NCBI RefSeq assembly: GCF_009914755.1
Contig: NC_060933.1
From: the human T2T-CHM13v2.0 reference genome, Homo sapiens
Length of the DNA stretch: 64,000 nt
Direction: 5' to 3' (one strand)
Shown here: positions 30,341 to 45,100 of the stretch, piece by piece
Layout: every line of letters begins with the position of its first letter
How positions within the stretch are numbered: the stretch's first letter is position 1
Translations under genes and position numbers: made by a program
Notes under the pieces: model-generated
Told to the model about the DNA's origin: nothing
The model's database searches: none
What the model saw: the letters and a program-made list of their open reading frames with translations, nothing else

Positions 30341-33300
30341 TGCAGGGGAATGTAAAGGAACGGAATGCAGTGGAATGAAATCATCCGGAATGGAATGGAA
30401 TGGAATGGAATGGAATGGAATCAACCCGAGTGCAATGGAATGGAGTGGAATGGAATGGAATGGAATGGAACAACCCGAATGGAATGGAATGTAATGGAGA
30501 GTAAGGGAGTTGAATAGAATCAATCCGAATGTAATGGAATGGAATGCAATGGATTGCAATGGAATGGAATGGAATGGAATGCAATGGAATGGAATCAACC
30601 CGAGTACAATGGAATGGAATGGAATGGAATGGAATGGAATGGAAAGCCTTCAAACCGAATGGAATGGAAAGGAATGGAATCAACACGAGTGGAATGGAAT
30701 GGAATGGATTGGAATGGAATGGAATGGAATGATACGGAATAGAATGGAATGGAACGAAATGGAATGGAATGGAATGGAATGGAATGGAATGGAATGGAAT
30801 GGAATCGTTCCGAGTGGAATAGGAGGGAATGTATTCGAGTGGAATGGAAAGGAATGGAATCAACCAGAGTGGAATGGAAGGGAATGGAATGGAATGGAAA
30901 CGAATAGAATGGAATCAACCCGAGTGGAATGGAATGGAAAGGACTGGAATGGAATGGAATGGAATGGAATGGAATGGAATGGAATCAACTCGATTGTAAT
31001 GGAATGGAATGGAATGGAATGGAATGGAATTAACCCGAATACAATGGAATGGAATGGAATGCAAAGGAATGGAGTGGAATGGAATGGAATCAACCCGAGT
31101 GCAGGGGAATGCAATGGAATGGAATGCAATGGAATGGAGTCATCCGGAATGGAATGGAATGGAATGGAATGCAAAGCAATGGAATCAACTCGATTGCAAT
31201 GGAATGGAATGGAATGGAAAGGAATACATTGGAATCAACCCGAGTGGAATGGAATGGAAAGGACTGGAATGGAATGGAATGGAATGGAATGGAATGGAAT
31301 CAACTCGATTGGAATGGAATGGAAAGGAATGGAATGGAATGGAATGGAATTAACCAGAATAGAATGGAATGGAATGGAATGGAACGGAACGGAACGGAAT
31401 GGAATGGAATGGAAAGGAATGGAATGGAATGGAATGGAATGGAATCAACCCGACTGCAGGGGAATGGAATGGAATGGAATGCAATGGAATCAACCCGAGT
31501 ACAGGGGAATGGAATGGAATGGAATGCAATGGAATAGAATCATCCGTAATGGAATGGAATGGAATGGAATGGAATGGAATGGAATGGAATGGAATGGAAT
31601 GGAATGGAATCAACTCGATTGCAATCGAATGGAATGGAATGGAATTAACGCGAATAGAATGGAATGGAATGGAATGGAACGGAACGGAATGGAATGGAAT
31701 GGAATGGAATGGAATGGAATGGAACGGAAAGGAATGGAATGGAATGGAATGGAATGGAATGGAAAGGAATGGAATCAACGCGAGTGCAGGGGAATGGAAT
31801 GGAATCGAATGTAATGGAATGGAATGGAATGGAATAAACCCGAGTGCAGGGGAATGTAATGGAAAGGAATGCAACGGAATGGAATCATCCGGAATGGAAT
31901 GGAATGGAATGGAATGGAATGGAATGGAATGGAATCAACTCGATTGCATTCGAATGGAATGGAATGGAATTAACCCGAATAGAATGGAATGGAATGGAAT
32001 GGAACGGAATGGAACGAAACGGAATGGAATGGAATGGAATGGAACGGAACGGAATGGAATGGAATGGAATGGAATGGAACTGAAAAGAATAAATGCGAAT
32101 GCAGGGGAATGGAATGGAATGGAATGAAATGGAATGGAATATTCCGAAATGGAATGGAATGGAATGGAATGCAATGGATTCAACTCGATTGCAATGGAAT
32201 GGAAAAGAATGGAATGGAATGGAATGGAATGGAATTAACCAGAATAGAATGGAATGGAATGGAATGGAACGGAACGGAACGGAACGGAACGGAACGGAAT
32301 GGAATGGAATGGAATGGAATGGAATGGAATGGAATGGAATCAACTCGATTGCATTCTAATGGAATGGAATGGAATTAACCCGAATAGAATGGAATGGAAC
32401 GGAATGGAACGGAATGGAACGGAACGGAATGGAATGGAATGGAATGGAATGGAATGGAATGGAATTGTATGGAATGGAATGGAATGGTACGGAATAGAAT
32501 GGAATGGAAAGAATTGGAATGGAATGGAAACGAATGGAATGGAATGGAATGGAATGGAATGGAATCAACCCGAGTGTAGGGGAATGTAATGGAACGGAAT
32601 GCAATGGAATGGAATCATCCGGAATGGAATGGAATCGATTGGAATGGATGGAATGGAATGGAATGGAATGGAATCAACCGGAGTACAGGGGAATGGAATG
32701 GAATGGAATGCAATGGAATGGAGTCATCCGAAATGGAATGGAAAGGAATGGAATGGAATGCAATGGAATGGAATGGAATGGAATGGAATGGAATGGAATC
32801 AACTCGATTGCAATCAAATGGAATGGAATGGAATTAACCCGAATAGAATGGAATGGAATGGAATGGAATGGAACGGAACGGAACGGAACGGAATGGAACG
32901 GAATGGAATGGAATGGAATGGAACGGAAAGGAACGGAATGGAATGGAATGGAATGGAATGGAATGGAATGGAATGGAATGGAATCAACGCGAGTGCAGGG
33001 GAATGGAATGTAATGGAATGCAATGGAATGGAATCTTCCGGAATGGAATGGAATGGAATGGAATCAACCCGAGTGCAATGGAATGGAGTGGAATGGAATG
33101 GAATGGAATGGAACAAACCGAATAGAATGGAATGTAATGGAGAGTAAGGGAGTTGAATAGAAACAATCTGAATATAATGGAATGGAACGGAATGGAATGG
33201 AATGGAATGGAATGGAATGGAATGCAATGGAATGGAATCAACCCGAGTGCAATCGAATGGAATCGAATGGAATGGAATGCAATGGAATGGATTCAACTTG

Positions 33301-36300
33301 AATGTAATGGAAAGAATGGAATCAACACGAGTGGAATGGCATGGATTGGAATGGAATGGAATGGAATCAACCCGAGTACAGGGGAATGGAATGGAATGGA
33401 ATGCAATGGAATGGAATAATCCGTAATGGAATAGAAAGGAATGGAATGGAATGGAATGGAATGGAATGGAATGGAATCAACTCGATTGCAATCGAATGGA
33501 ATGGAATGGAATTAACCCGAATAGAATGGAATGGAATGGAATGGAACGGAACGGAACGGAATGGAATGGAATGGAATGGAATGGAACGGAAAGGATTGGA
33601 ATGGAATGGAATGGAATGGAATGGAATGGAATGGAATGGAATGGAATCAACGCGAGAGCAGGGGAATGAAATGGAATGGAATGGAATGGAATGGAGTGGA
33701 ATGGATTGGAATCAACCCGAGTTCAGGGGAATGTAATGGAACGGAATGCAAGGGAATGGAATCATCCGGAATGGAATGGAATGGAATGGAATGGAATCAA
33801 CCCGAGTGCAATGGAATGGAGTGGAATGGAATGGAATAGAATGGAACAACTCGCATGGAATGGAATGTAATGGAGAGTAAGGGAGTTGAAAAGAATCAAT
33901 CCGAATGGAATGGAATGGAATGGAACGGAATGGAATGGAATGGAATGGAATGGAATGGAATGGAATCAACCCGAGTACAATGGAATGGAATGGAATGGAA
34001 TGGAATGGAATGGAATGGAATGGAATGGAATGGAATCAACCCGAGTGCAATGGAATGGAGTGGAATGGAATGGAATGGAATGGAAACTACCCGAACGGAA
34101 TGGAATGTAATGGAGTGTAAGGAAATTGAATAGAATCAATCCGAATATAATGGAATAGAATGGAACGGAATGGAATTGAATGGAATGGAATGGAATGCAA
34201 TGGAATGGAATGGAACGGAATGGAATGGAATGGAATGGAATTGATTGGAATGGAATGGAATGCAATGGAATGGAATCAACCCGAGTGCAATCGAATGGAA
34301 TCGAATGGAAAAGAATGCAATGGAATGGATTCAACTTGAATGGAATGGAAAGAATGGAATCAACACGAGTGGAATGGCATGGATTGGAATGGAATGGAAT
34401 GGAATCAACCCGAGTACAGGGGAATGGAATGGAATTGAATGCAATGGAATGGAATCATCCGTAATGGAATGGAAAGGAATAGAATGGAATGGAATGGAAT
34501 GGAATGGAATGGAATGGAATCAACTCGATTGCAATCGAATGGAATGGAATGGAATTAACCCGAATAGAATGGAATGGAATGGAATGGAATGGAATGGAAT
34601 GGAACGGAAAGGAAGGGAATGGAATGGAATAGAATGGAATGGAATGGAATCAACGCGAGTGCAGGGGAATGGAATGGAATGGAATGCAATGGAATGGAAT
34701 CTTCCGGAAAGGAATGTAATGGAATGGAATGGAATGGAATGGAATCAACCCGAGTGCAATGGAATGGAGTGGAATGGAATGGAATGGAATGGAACAACCC
34801 GAATGGAATGGAATGTAATGGAGAGTAAGGGAGTTGAATAGAATCAATCCGAATGTAATGGAATGGAATGGAACGGAATGTAATTGAATGGAATGGAATG
34901 GAATGCAGTGGAATGGAATCAACCCGAGTGCAATGGAATGGAGAGGAATGGAATGGAATGGAATGGAAACTACACGAATGGAATGTAATGTAATGGAGTG
35001 TAAGGGAATTGAATAGAATCAATCCGAATGGAATGGAATGGAATGGAATGGAATGGAATGGAATGGAATAGAATGGAATGGAATGCAATGGAATGGAATC
35101 AACCTGAGTGCAATCGAATGGAATCGAACGGAATGGAATGCAATGGAATGCATTCAACTTGAATGAAATGGAAAGAATGGAATCAACACAAGTGGAATGG
35201 CATGGATTGGAATGGAATGGAATGGAATCAACCCGAGTACAGGGGAATGGAATAGAATGGAATGCAATGGAATGGAATCATCCGTAATGGAATGGAAAGG
35301 AATGGAGTGGAATGGAATGGAATGGAATGGAATCAACTCGATTGCAATCGAATGGAAGGGAATTGAATTAACCCGAATAGAATGGAATGGAATGGAATGG
35401 AACGGAACGGAATGGAATGGAATGGAATGCAATGGAATGCAACGGAACGGAACGGAATGGAATGGAATGGAATGGAATGGAATGGAATGGAATGGAATCA
35501 ACGCGAGTGCAGGGGAATGGAATGGAATGGAATGCAATGGAATGGAATCTTCCGGAATGGAATGGAATGGAATGGAATGGAATGGAATGGAATGGAATCA
35601 ACCCGAGTGCAATGGAATGGAGTGGAATGGAATGTAATGGAATGGAACAACCCGAATGGAATGGAATGTAATGGAGAGTAAGGGAGTTGAATAGAATCAA
35701 TCCGAATGGAATGGAATGGAATGGAACGGAATGGAATTGAATGGAATGGAATGGAATGCAATGGAATGGAATCAACCCGAGTGCAATGGAATGGAGAGGA
35801 ATGGAATGGAATGGAATGGAAACTACCCGAATGGAATGGAATGTAATGGAGTGTAAGGGAATTGAATAGAATCAATCCGAATGTAATGGAATCGAATGGA
35901 ACGGAATGGAATGGAATGGAATGGAATGGAATGGAATGCAATGGAATGGAATCAACCCGAGTGCAATCGAATGGAATCGAATGGAATGGAATACAATGGA
36001 ATGGATTCAACTTGAATGGAATGGAAAGAATGGAATCAACACGAGTGGAATGGCATGGATTGGAATGGAATGGAATGGAATCAACCCGAGTACAGGGGAA
36101 TGGAATGGAATGGAATGCAATGCAATGGAATCATCCGTAATGGAATGGAAATTAATGGAATGGAATGGAATGGAATGGAATGGAATGGAATGGAATCAAC
36201 TCGATTGCAATCGAATGGAATGGAATGGAATTAACCCGAATAGAATGGTATGGAATGGAATGGAACGGAACGGAATGGAATGGAATGGAATGGAATGGAA

Positions 36301-39300
36301 TGGAACGGAACGGAATGGAATGGAATGGAATGGAATGGAATGGAATGGAATCAACGCGAGTGCAGGGGAATGGAATGGAATGGAATGGAATGGAATGGAA
36401 TCTTCCGGAATGGAATGGAATGGAATGGAATGGAATGGAATGGAATGGAATGGAATGGAATCAACTCGATTGCAATCGAATGGAATGGAATGGAATTAAC
36501 CCGAATAGAATGGAATGGAATGGAATGGAACGGAATGTAATGGAATGGAATTGAATGGAATGGAATGGAATGGAATGGAACGGAACGGAATGGAATGGAA
36601 TGGAATGGAATCAACGCGAGTGCAGGGGAATGGAATGGAATGGAATGCAATGGAATGGAATCTTCCGGAATGGAATGGAATGGAATGGAATGGAATGAAA
36701 TGCAACGGGTTCAACTCGATTGCAATGGAATGGAACAGAATGGAATGGAATGGAATGGAATGGAATGGAATTAATTCGAATTGAATGGAATGGAATGGAA
36801 TGGAACGGAATGGAACGGAATGGAATGGAATGGAATGGAATGGTATGGAATGGAATGGAATGGTACGGAATAGAATGGAATGGAACGAATTGTAATGGAA
36901 TGGAATTGAATGGAATGGAATGGAATGGAATGGAATCAACGCGAGTGCAGGGGAATGTAATGGAACGGAATGCAATGGAATGGAATCATCCGCAATGGAA
37001 TGGAATGGAATGGAATGGAATGGAATGGAATGGAATCAACCCGAGTGCAATGGAATGGAGTGGAATGGAATGGAATGGAATGGAACAACCCGAATGGAAT
37101 GGAATGTAGTGGAGAGTAAGGGAGTTGAATAGAATCAATCCGAATGTAATGGAATGGAATGCAACGGAATGGAATGGAATGGAATGGAATGGAATGCAAT
37201 GGAATTGAATCAACCCGAGTACAATGGAATGGAATGGAATGAAATGGAATGGAAGGGAATGGAATGGAATGGAATGATACGGAATAGAATGGAATGGAAC
37301 GAAATGGAATGGAATGGAATGGAATGGAATGGAATGGAATGGAATGGAATGGAATGGAATGGAATCTTTCCGAGTGGAATAGGAGGGAATGTATTCGAGT
37401 GGAATGGAAAGGAATGGAATCAACCAGAGTGGAATGGAAGGGAATGGAATGGAATGGAAACTAATAGAATGGAATCAACCCGAGAGGAATGGAATGGAAA
37501 GGACTGGAATGGAATGGAATGGAATGGAATCAACTCGATTGTAATGGAATGGAATGGAATGGAATGGAATGGAATTAACCCGAATACAATGCTATGGAAT
37601 GGAATGGAACGAAATGGAGTGGAATGGAATGGAATCAACCCGAGTGCAGGGGAATGGAATGGAATGGTATGCAATGGAATGGAATCATCCGGAATGGAAT
37701 GGAATGGAATGGAAGGCAAAGCAATGGAATCAACTCGATTGCAATGGAATGGAATGGAATGGAAAGGAATACATTGGAATCAACCCGAGTGGAATGGATT
37801 GGAAAGGACTGGAATGGAGTGGAATGGAATGGAATGGAATGGAATGGAATGGAATGGAATGGAATCAACTCGATTGGAATGGAATGGAATGGAATGGAAT
37901 GGAATGGAATGGAATGGAATGGAATTAACCCGAATAGAATGGAATGGAATGGAATGGAACGGAACGGAACAGAATGGAATGGAATGGAATGGAATGGAAT
38001 GGAATGGAAACAACCCGACTGCAGGGGAATGGAATGGAATGGAATGCAATGGAATGGATTCAACTTGAATGGAATGGAAAGAATGGAATCAACACGAGTG
38101 GAATGGCATGGATTGAAATGGAATGGAATGGAATCAACCCGAGTACAGGGGAATGGAATGGAATGGAATGCAATGGAATGGAATCATCCGTAATGGAATG
38201 GAAAGGAAAGGAATGGAATGGAATGGAATGGAATGGAATGGAATGGAATCAACTCGATTGCAATCGAATGGAATGGAATGGAATTAACCCGAATAGAATG
38301 GAATGGAATGGAATGGAAAGGAACGGAACGGAATGAAATGGATTTGAATGGAATGCAATGGAATGGAATGGAACGGAAAGGAATGGAATGGAATGGAATG
38401 GAATGGAATCAACGCGAGTGCAGGGGAATGGAATGGAATGGAATGCAATGGAATGGAATCTTCCGGAATGGAATGGAATGGAACGGAATGGAATGAAATG
38501 CAATGGATTCAACTCGATTGCAACGGAATGGAATAGAATGGAATGGAATGGAATGGAATGGAATGGAATTAACCCGAATAGAATGGAATGGAATGGAATG
38601 GAACGGAATGGAACGGAATGGAATGGAATGGAATGGAATGGAATGGAATGGAATGGAATCAACGCGAGTGCAGGGGAATGGATTGGAACGGAATGCAATG
38701 GAATGGAATCATCCGGAATGGAATGGAATGGAATGCAATAGAATGGAATCAACCCGAGTGCAATGGAATGGAGTGGAATGGAATGGAATGGAATGGGATG
38801 GAACAACCCGAATGGAATGGAATGTAATGGAGAGTAAGGGAGTTGAATAGAATCAATCCGAATGTAATGGAATGGAATGCAACCGAATGGAATGGAATGG
38901 AATGCAATGGAATGGAATCAACTCGAGTACAATGAAATGGAATGGAATGGAATGGAATGGAATGGAATCGTTCCGAGTGGAATAGGAGGGAATGTATTCG
39001 AGTGGAATGGAAAGGAATGGAATCAACCATAGTGGAATGGAAGGGAATGGAATGGATTCGAAACTAATAGAATGGAATCAACCTGAGTGGAATGGAATGG
39101 AAAGGACTGGAATGGAAAGGAATGCAATGGAATGGAATGGAATGGAATCAACGCGAGTGCAGGGGAATGGAATGGAATCGAATGGAATAGAATGGAATGG
39201 AATGGAATCAACCCGAGTGCAGGGGAATGTAATGGAACGGAATGCAATGGAATGGAATCATCCGGAATGGAATGGAATGGAATGGAATGGAATCAACCCG

Positions 39301-42300
39301 AGTGCAATGGAATGGAGTGGAATGGAATGGAATGGAATGGAACAATCCGAATGGAATGGAATGTAATGGAGAGTAAGGGAGTTGAAAAGAATCAATCCGA
39401 ATGTAATGGAATAGAAGGGAATGGAATGGAATGGAATGGAATGGAATGGAATGCAATGGAATGGAATCAACCCGAGTACAATGGAATGGAATGGAATGGA
39501 ATGGAATGGAATGGAATGGAATGGAATGGAATGGAATGATACGGAATAGAATGGAATGGAAAGAAATGGAATGGAATGGAATGGAATTCAATGGAATGGA
39601 ATGGAATCGTTCCGAGTGGAATAGGAGGGAATGTATTCGAGTGGAATGGAAAGGAATGGAATCAACAAGCGTGGAATGGAAGGGAATGGAATGGAATGGA
39701 AACTAATAGAATGGATTCAACCCGAGTGGAATGGAATGGAAAGGACTGGAATAGAATGGAATGGAATGGAATCAATTCGATTGTAATGGAATGGAATGGA
39801 ATGGAATTCAATGGAATGGAATGGAATGGAATCAACCTGAGTGCAATGGAATGGAGTGGAATGGAATGGAATGGAATGGAACAACCCGAATGGAATGGAA
39901 TGTAATGGAGAGTAAGGGAGTTGAATAGAATCAATCCGAATGTAATGGAATGGAATGGAACGGAATGGAATTGAATGGAATGGAATGGAATGCAATGGAA
40001 TGGAATCAACCCGAGTGCAATGGAATGGAGTGGAATGGAATGGAATCAACTCGATTGCAATCGAATGGAATGGAATGGAATTAACCCGAATAGAATGGAA
40101 TGGAATGGAATGGAACGGTACGGAATGGAATGGAATGGAATGGAATGGAATGGAATGGAATCAACGCGAGTGCAGGGGAATGGAATGGAATGGAATGCAA
40201 TGGAATGGATTCAACTTGAATGGAATGGGAAGAATGGAATCAACACGAGTGGAATGGCATGGATGCGAATGGAATGGAATGGAATCAACCCGAGTACAGG
40301 GGAATGGAATGGAATGGAATGCAATGGAATGGAATCATCCGTAATGGAATGGAAAGGAATGGAATGGAATGGAATGGAATGGAATAGAATGGAATGGAAT
40401 CAACTCGATTGCAATCGAATGGAATGGAATGGAATTAACCCGAATAGAATGGAATGGAATGGAATGGAACGGAACGGAACGGAATGGAATGGATTGGAAT
40501 TGAATGGAATGGAATGGAATGGAACGGAAAGGAATGGAATGGAATGGAATGGAATGGAATGGAATTGAATCAACGCGAGTGCAGGGGAATGGAATGGAAT
40601 GGAATGCAATGGAATGGAATCTTCCGGAATGGAATGGAATGGAATGGAATGGAATGGAATAAACCCGAGTGCAATGGAATGGAGTGGAATGGAATGGAAT
40701 GGAATGGAACAACCCGAATTGAATGGAATGTAATGGAGAGCAAGGGAGTTGAATTGAATCAATCTGAATGTAATGGAATGGAATGGAACGGAATGGAATT
40801 GAATGGAATGGAATGGAATGGAATCAACCCGAGTGCAATGGAATGGAGAGGAATGGAATGGAATGGAATGGAAACTACCCGAATGGAATGGAATGTAATG
40901 GAGTGTAAGGGAATTGAATAGAATCAATCCGAATGTAATGGAATGGAATGGAACGCAATGGAATGGAATGGAATGGAATGGAATGGAATGGAATGCAATG
41001 TAATGGAATCAACCCGAGTGCAATCGAATGGAATCCAATGGAATGGAATGCAATGAAATGGATTCAACTTGAATGGAATGGAAAGAATGGAATCAACACG
41101 AGTGGAATGGCATGGATTGGAATGGAATGGAATGGAATCAACCCGAGTACAGGGGAATGGAATGGAATGGAATGCAATGGAATGGAATCATCCGTAATGG
41201 AATGGAAAGGAATGGAATGGAATGGAATGGAATGGAATGGAATGGAATCAACTCGATTGCAATCGAATGGAATGGAATGGAATCAACCCGAATAGAATGG
41301 AATGGAATGGAATGGAACGGAACGGAATGGAATGGAATGGAATAGAATGGAATGGAACGGAACGGAACGGAATGGATGGAATGGAATGGAATGGAATGGA
41401 ATGGAATCAACGCGCGTGCAGGGGAATGGAATGGAATGGAATGCAATGGAATGGAATCTTCCGGAATGGAATGGAATGGAATGGAATGGAATGGAATGGA
41501 ATGAAATGCAATGGATTCAACTCGATTGCAATGGAATGGAATAGAATGGAATGGAATGGAATGGAATGGAATGGAATTAACCCGAATAGAATGGAATGGA
41601 ATGGAATGGAACGGAATGGAACGGAATGGATGGAATGGAATGGAATGGAATGGAATGGAATCAACGCGAGTGCAGGGGAATGGAAGGGAATGGAATGCAA
41701 TGGAATGGAATCAACCCGAGTGCAATGGAAAGGAGAGGAATGCAATGGAATGGAATGGAAACTACCCGAATGGAATGGAATGTAATGGAGTGTAAGGGAA
41801 TTGAAAAGAATCAATCCGAATGTAATGGAATGGAATGGAACGGAATGGAATGGAATGGAATGGAATGGAATCAACCCGAGTGCAATCGAATGAAATCGAA
41901 TGGAATGGAATGCAATGGAATGGATTCAACTTGAATGGAATGGAAAGAATGGAATCAACACGAGTGGAATGGCATGGATTGGAATGGTATGGAATGGAAT
42001 CAACCCGAGTACAGGGGAATGGAATGGAATGGAATGCAATGGAATGGAATCATCCGTAATGGAATGGAAAGGAATGGAATGGAATGGAATGGAATGGAAT
42101 GGAATGGAATCAACTCGATTGCAATCGAATGGAATGGAATGGAATTAACCCGAATAGAATGGAATGGAATGGAATGGAACGGAACGGAATGGAATGGAAT
42201 GGAATGGAATGGAACGGAACGGAACGGAATGGAATGGAATGGATTGGAATGCAATGGAATCAACGCGAGTGCAGGGGAATGGAATGGAATGGAATGCAAT

Positions 42301-42579
42301 GGAATGGAATCTTCCGGAATGGAATGGAATGGAATGGAATGGAATGAAATGCAATGGATTCAACTCGATTACAATGGAATGGAATAGAATGGAATGGAAT
42401 GGAATGGAATGGAATTAATCCGAATAGAATGGAATGGAATGGAATGGAACGGAATGGAACGGAATGGAATGGAATGGAATGGAATGGTTTGGAATGGAAT
42501 GGAATGGTACGGAATAGAATGGAATGGAACGAATTGTAATGGAATGGAATTGAATGGAATGGAATGGAATGGAATGGAA

Positions 42580-45100
42580 TCAACGCGAGTGCAGGGGAAT
42601 GTAATGTAACGGAATGCAATGGAATGGAATCATCCGGAATGGAATGGAATGGAATGGAATGGAATAGAATGGAATGGAATCAACCCGAGTGCAATGGAAT
42701 GGAGTGGAAAGGAATGGAATGGAATGGAATGGAGTGGAAAGAATGGAATGGAATGGAATGGAATGGAATGGAATGTTAGGGAATGGAATCAACTCGATTG
42801 CAATCGAATGGAATGGAATGGAATTAACCCGAATAGAATGGAACGGAATGGAATGGAACGGAACGGAATGGAATGGAATGGAATGGAATGGAATGGAACG
42901 GAACGGAATGGAATGGAATGGAATGGAATGGAATGGAATGGAATCAACGCGAGTGCAGGGGAATGGAATGGAATGGAATGCAATGGAATGGAATCTTCCG
43001 GAATGGAATGGAATGGAATGGAATGGAATGAAATGCAATGGATTCAACTCGATTGCAATGGAATGGAATAGAATGGAATTGAATGGAATGGAATGGAATT
43101 AATTCGAATAGAATGGAATGGAATGGAATGGAACGGAATGGAACGGAATGGAATGGAATGGAATGGAATGGTATGGAATGGAATGGAATGGTACGGAATA
43201 GAATGGAATGGAACGAATTGTAATGGAATGGAATTGAATGGAATGGAATGGAATCAACGCGAGTGCAGGGGAATGTAATGGAACGGAATGCAATGGAATG
43301 GAATCATCCGGAATGGAATGGAATGGAATGGAATGGAATGGAATGGAATCAACCCGAGTGCAATGGAATGGAGTGGAATGGAATGGAATGGAATGGAACA
43401 ACCCGAATGGAATGGAATGTAATGGAGAGTAAGGGAGTTGAATAGAATCAATCCGAATGTAATGGAATGGAATGCAACGGAATGGAATGGAATAGAATGG
43501 AATGCAATGCAATGGAATTGAATCAACCCGAGTACAATGGAATGGAATGGAATGGAATAGAATGGAATGGAATGGAATTGAATGATACGGAATAGAATGG
43601 AATGGAACGAAATGGAATGGAATGGAATGGAATGGAATGGAATGGAATGGAATGGTTCCGAGTGGAATAGGAGGGAATGTATTCGAGTGGAATGGAAAGG
43701 AATGGAATCAACCAGAGTGGAATGGAAGGGAATGGAATGGAATGGAAACTAATAGAATGGAATCAACCCGAGTGGAATGGAATGGAAAGGACTGGAATGG
43801 AATGGAATGGAATGGAATCAACTCGATTGTAATGGAATGGAATGGAATGGAATGGAATGGAATGGAATTAACCCGAATACAATGGAATGGAATGGAATGG
43901 AACGGAATGGAGTGGAATGGAATGGAATCAACCCGAGTGCAGGGGAATGGAATGGAATGGAATGCAATGGAATGCAATCATCCAGAATGGAATGGAATGG
44001 AGTGGAATGCAAAGCAATGGAATCAACTCGATTGCAATGGAATGGAATGGAATGGAAAGGAATATATTGGAATCAACCCGAGTGGAATGGAATGGAAAGG
44101 ACTGGAATGGAGTGGAATGGAATGGAATGGACTGGAATGGAATGGAATGGAATCAACTCGATTGGAATGGAATGGAATGGAATGGAATGGAATGGAGTTA
44201 ACCCGAATAGAATGGTATGGAATGGAATGGAACGGAACGGAACGGAACGGAACGGAACGGAATGGAATGGAATGGAATGGAATGGAACGGAACGGAACGG
44301 AATGGAATGGAAAGGAATGGAATGGAAAGGAATCAACGTGAGTGCAGGGGAATGGAATGGAATGGAATGGAATGGAATGGAATGGAATGAAATGGAATGG
44401 AATCTTACGGAATGGAATGGAATGGAATGGATTAGAATGGAATGGAATGGAATGGAATGGAATCAACCCGAGTACAGGGGAATGGAATGGAATGTAATGC
44501 AATGGAATGGAATCATCCGTAATGGAATGTAAAGGAATGGAATGGAATGGAATGGAATGGAATGGAATGGAATGGAATGCAATGGATTCAACTCGATTAC
44601 AATGAAATGGAATAGAATGGAATGGAATGGAATGGAATGGAATGGAATGGAATGGAATTAACCCGAATAGAATGGAATGGAATGGTATGGAACGGAACGG
44701 AACGGAACGGAACCGAATGGAATGGAATGGAATGGAATGGAATGGAATGGAATGGAATTGTATGGAATGGAATGGAATGGTACAGAATAGAATGGAATGG
44801 AAAGAATTGGAATGGAATGGAATCGAATGGAATGGAATCGAATGGAATGGAATGGAATGGAATGGAATGGAATGGAATGGAACCAACCCGAGTGCCATGG
44901 AATGGATTGGAATGGAATGGAATGGAATGGAACAATCCGAATGGAATGGAATGTAATGGAGAGTAAGGGAATTGAATAGAATCAATCCGAATGTAATGGA
45001 ATGGAATGGAACGGAATGGAATGGAATGGAATGGAATGGAATGCAATGGAATGGAATCAACCCGAGTACAATGGAATGGAATGGAATGGAATGGAATGGA
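42580..45100 (+). repeat. Segmental duplication copy 1 (paralog of ~49,425-51,900)
   Basis: Shared rare variants in the same order: GTAATGTAACGG, GAATGTTAGGG, TTAATTCGAATAG, GGTTCCGAG, CATCCAGAA, GGAATATATTGG, GGAGTTAACCCG, CAACGTGAG, CTTACGG, GATTACAATGAA, GGTACAGAA, GAACCAACCCGAGTGCCATGG. Identical ORF translations at 43093/49920, 43238/50065 and 43887/50714 (offset 6827). Confidence 0.9.
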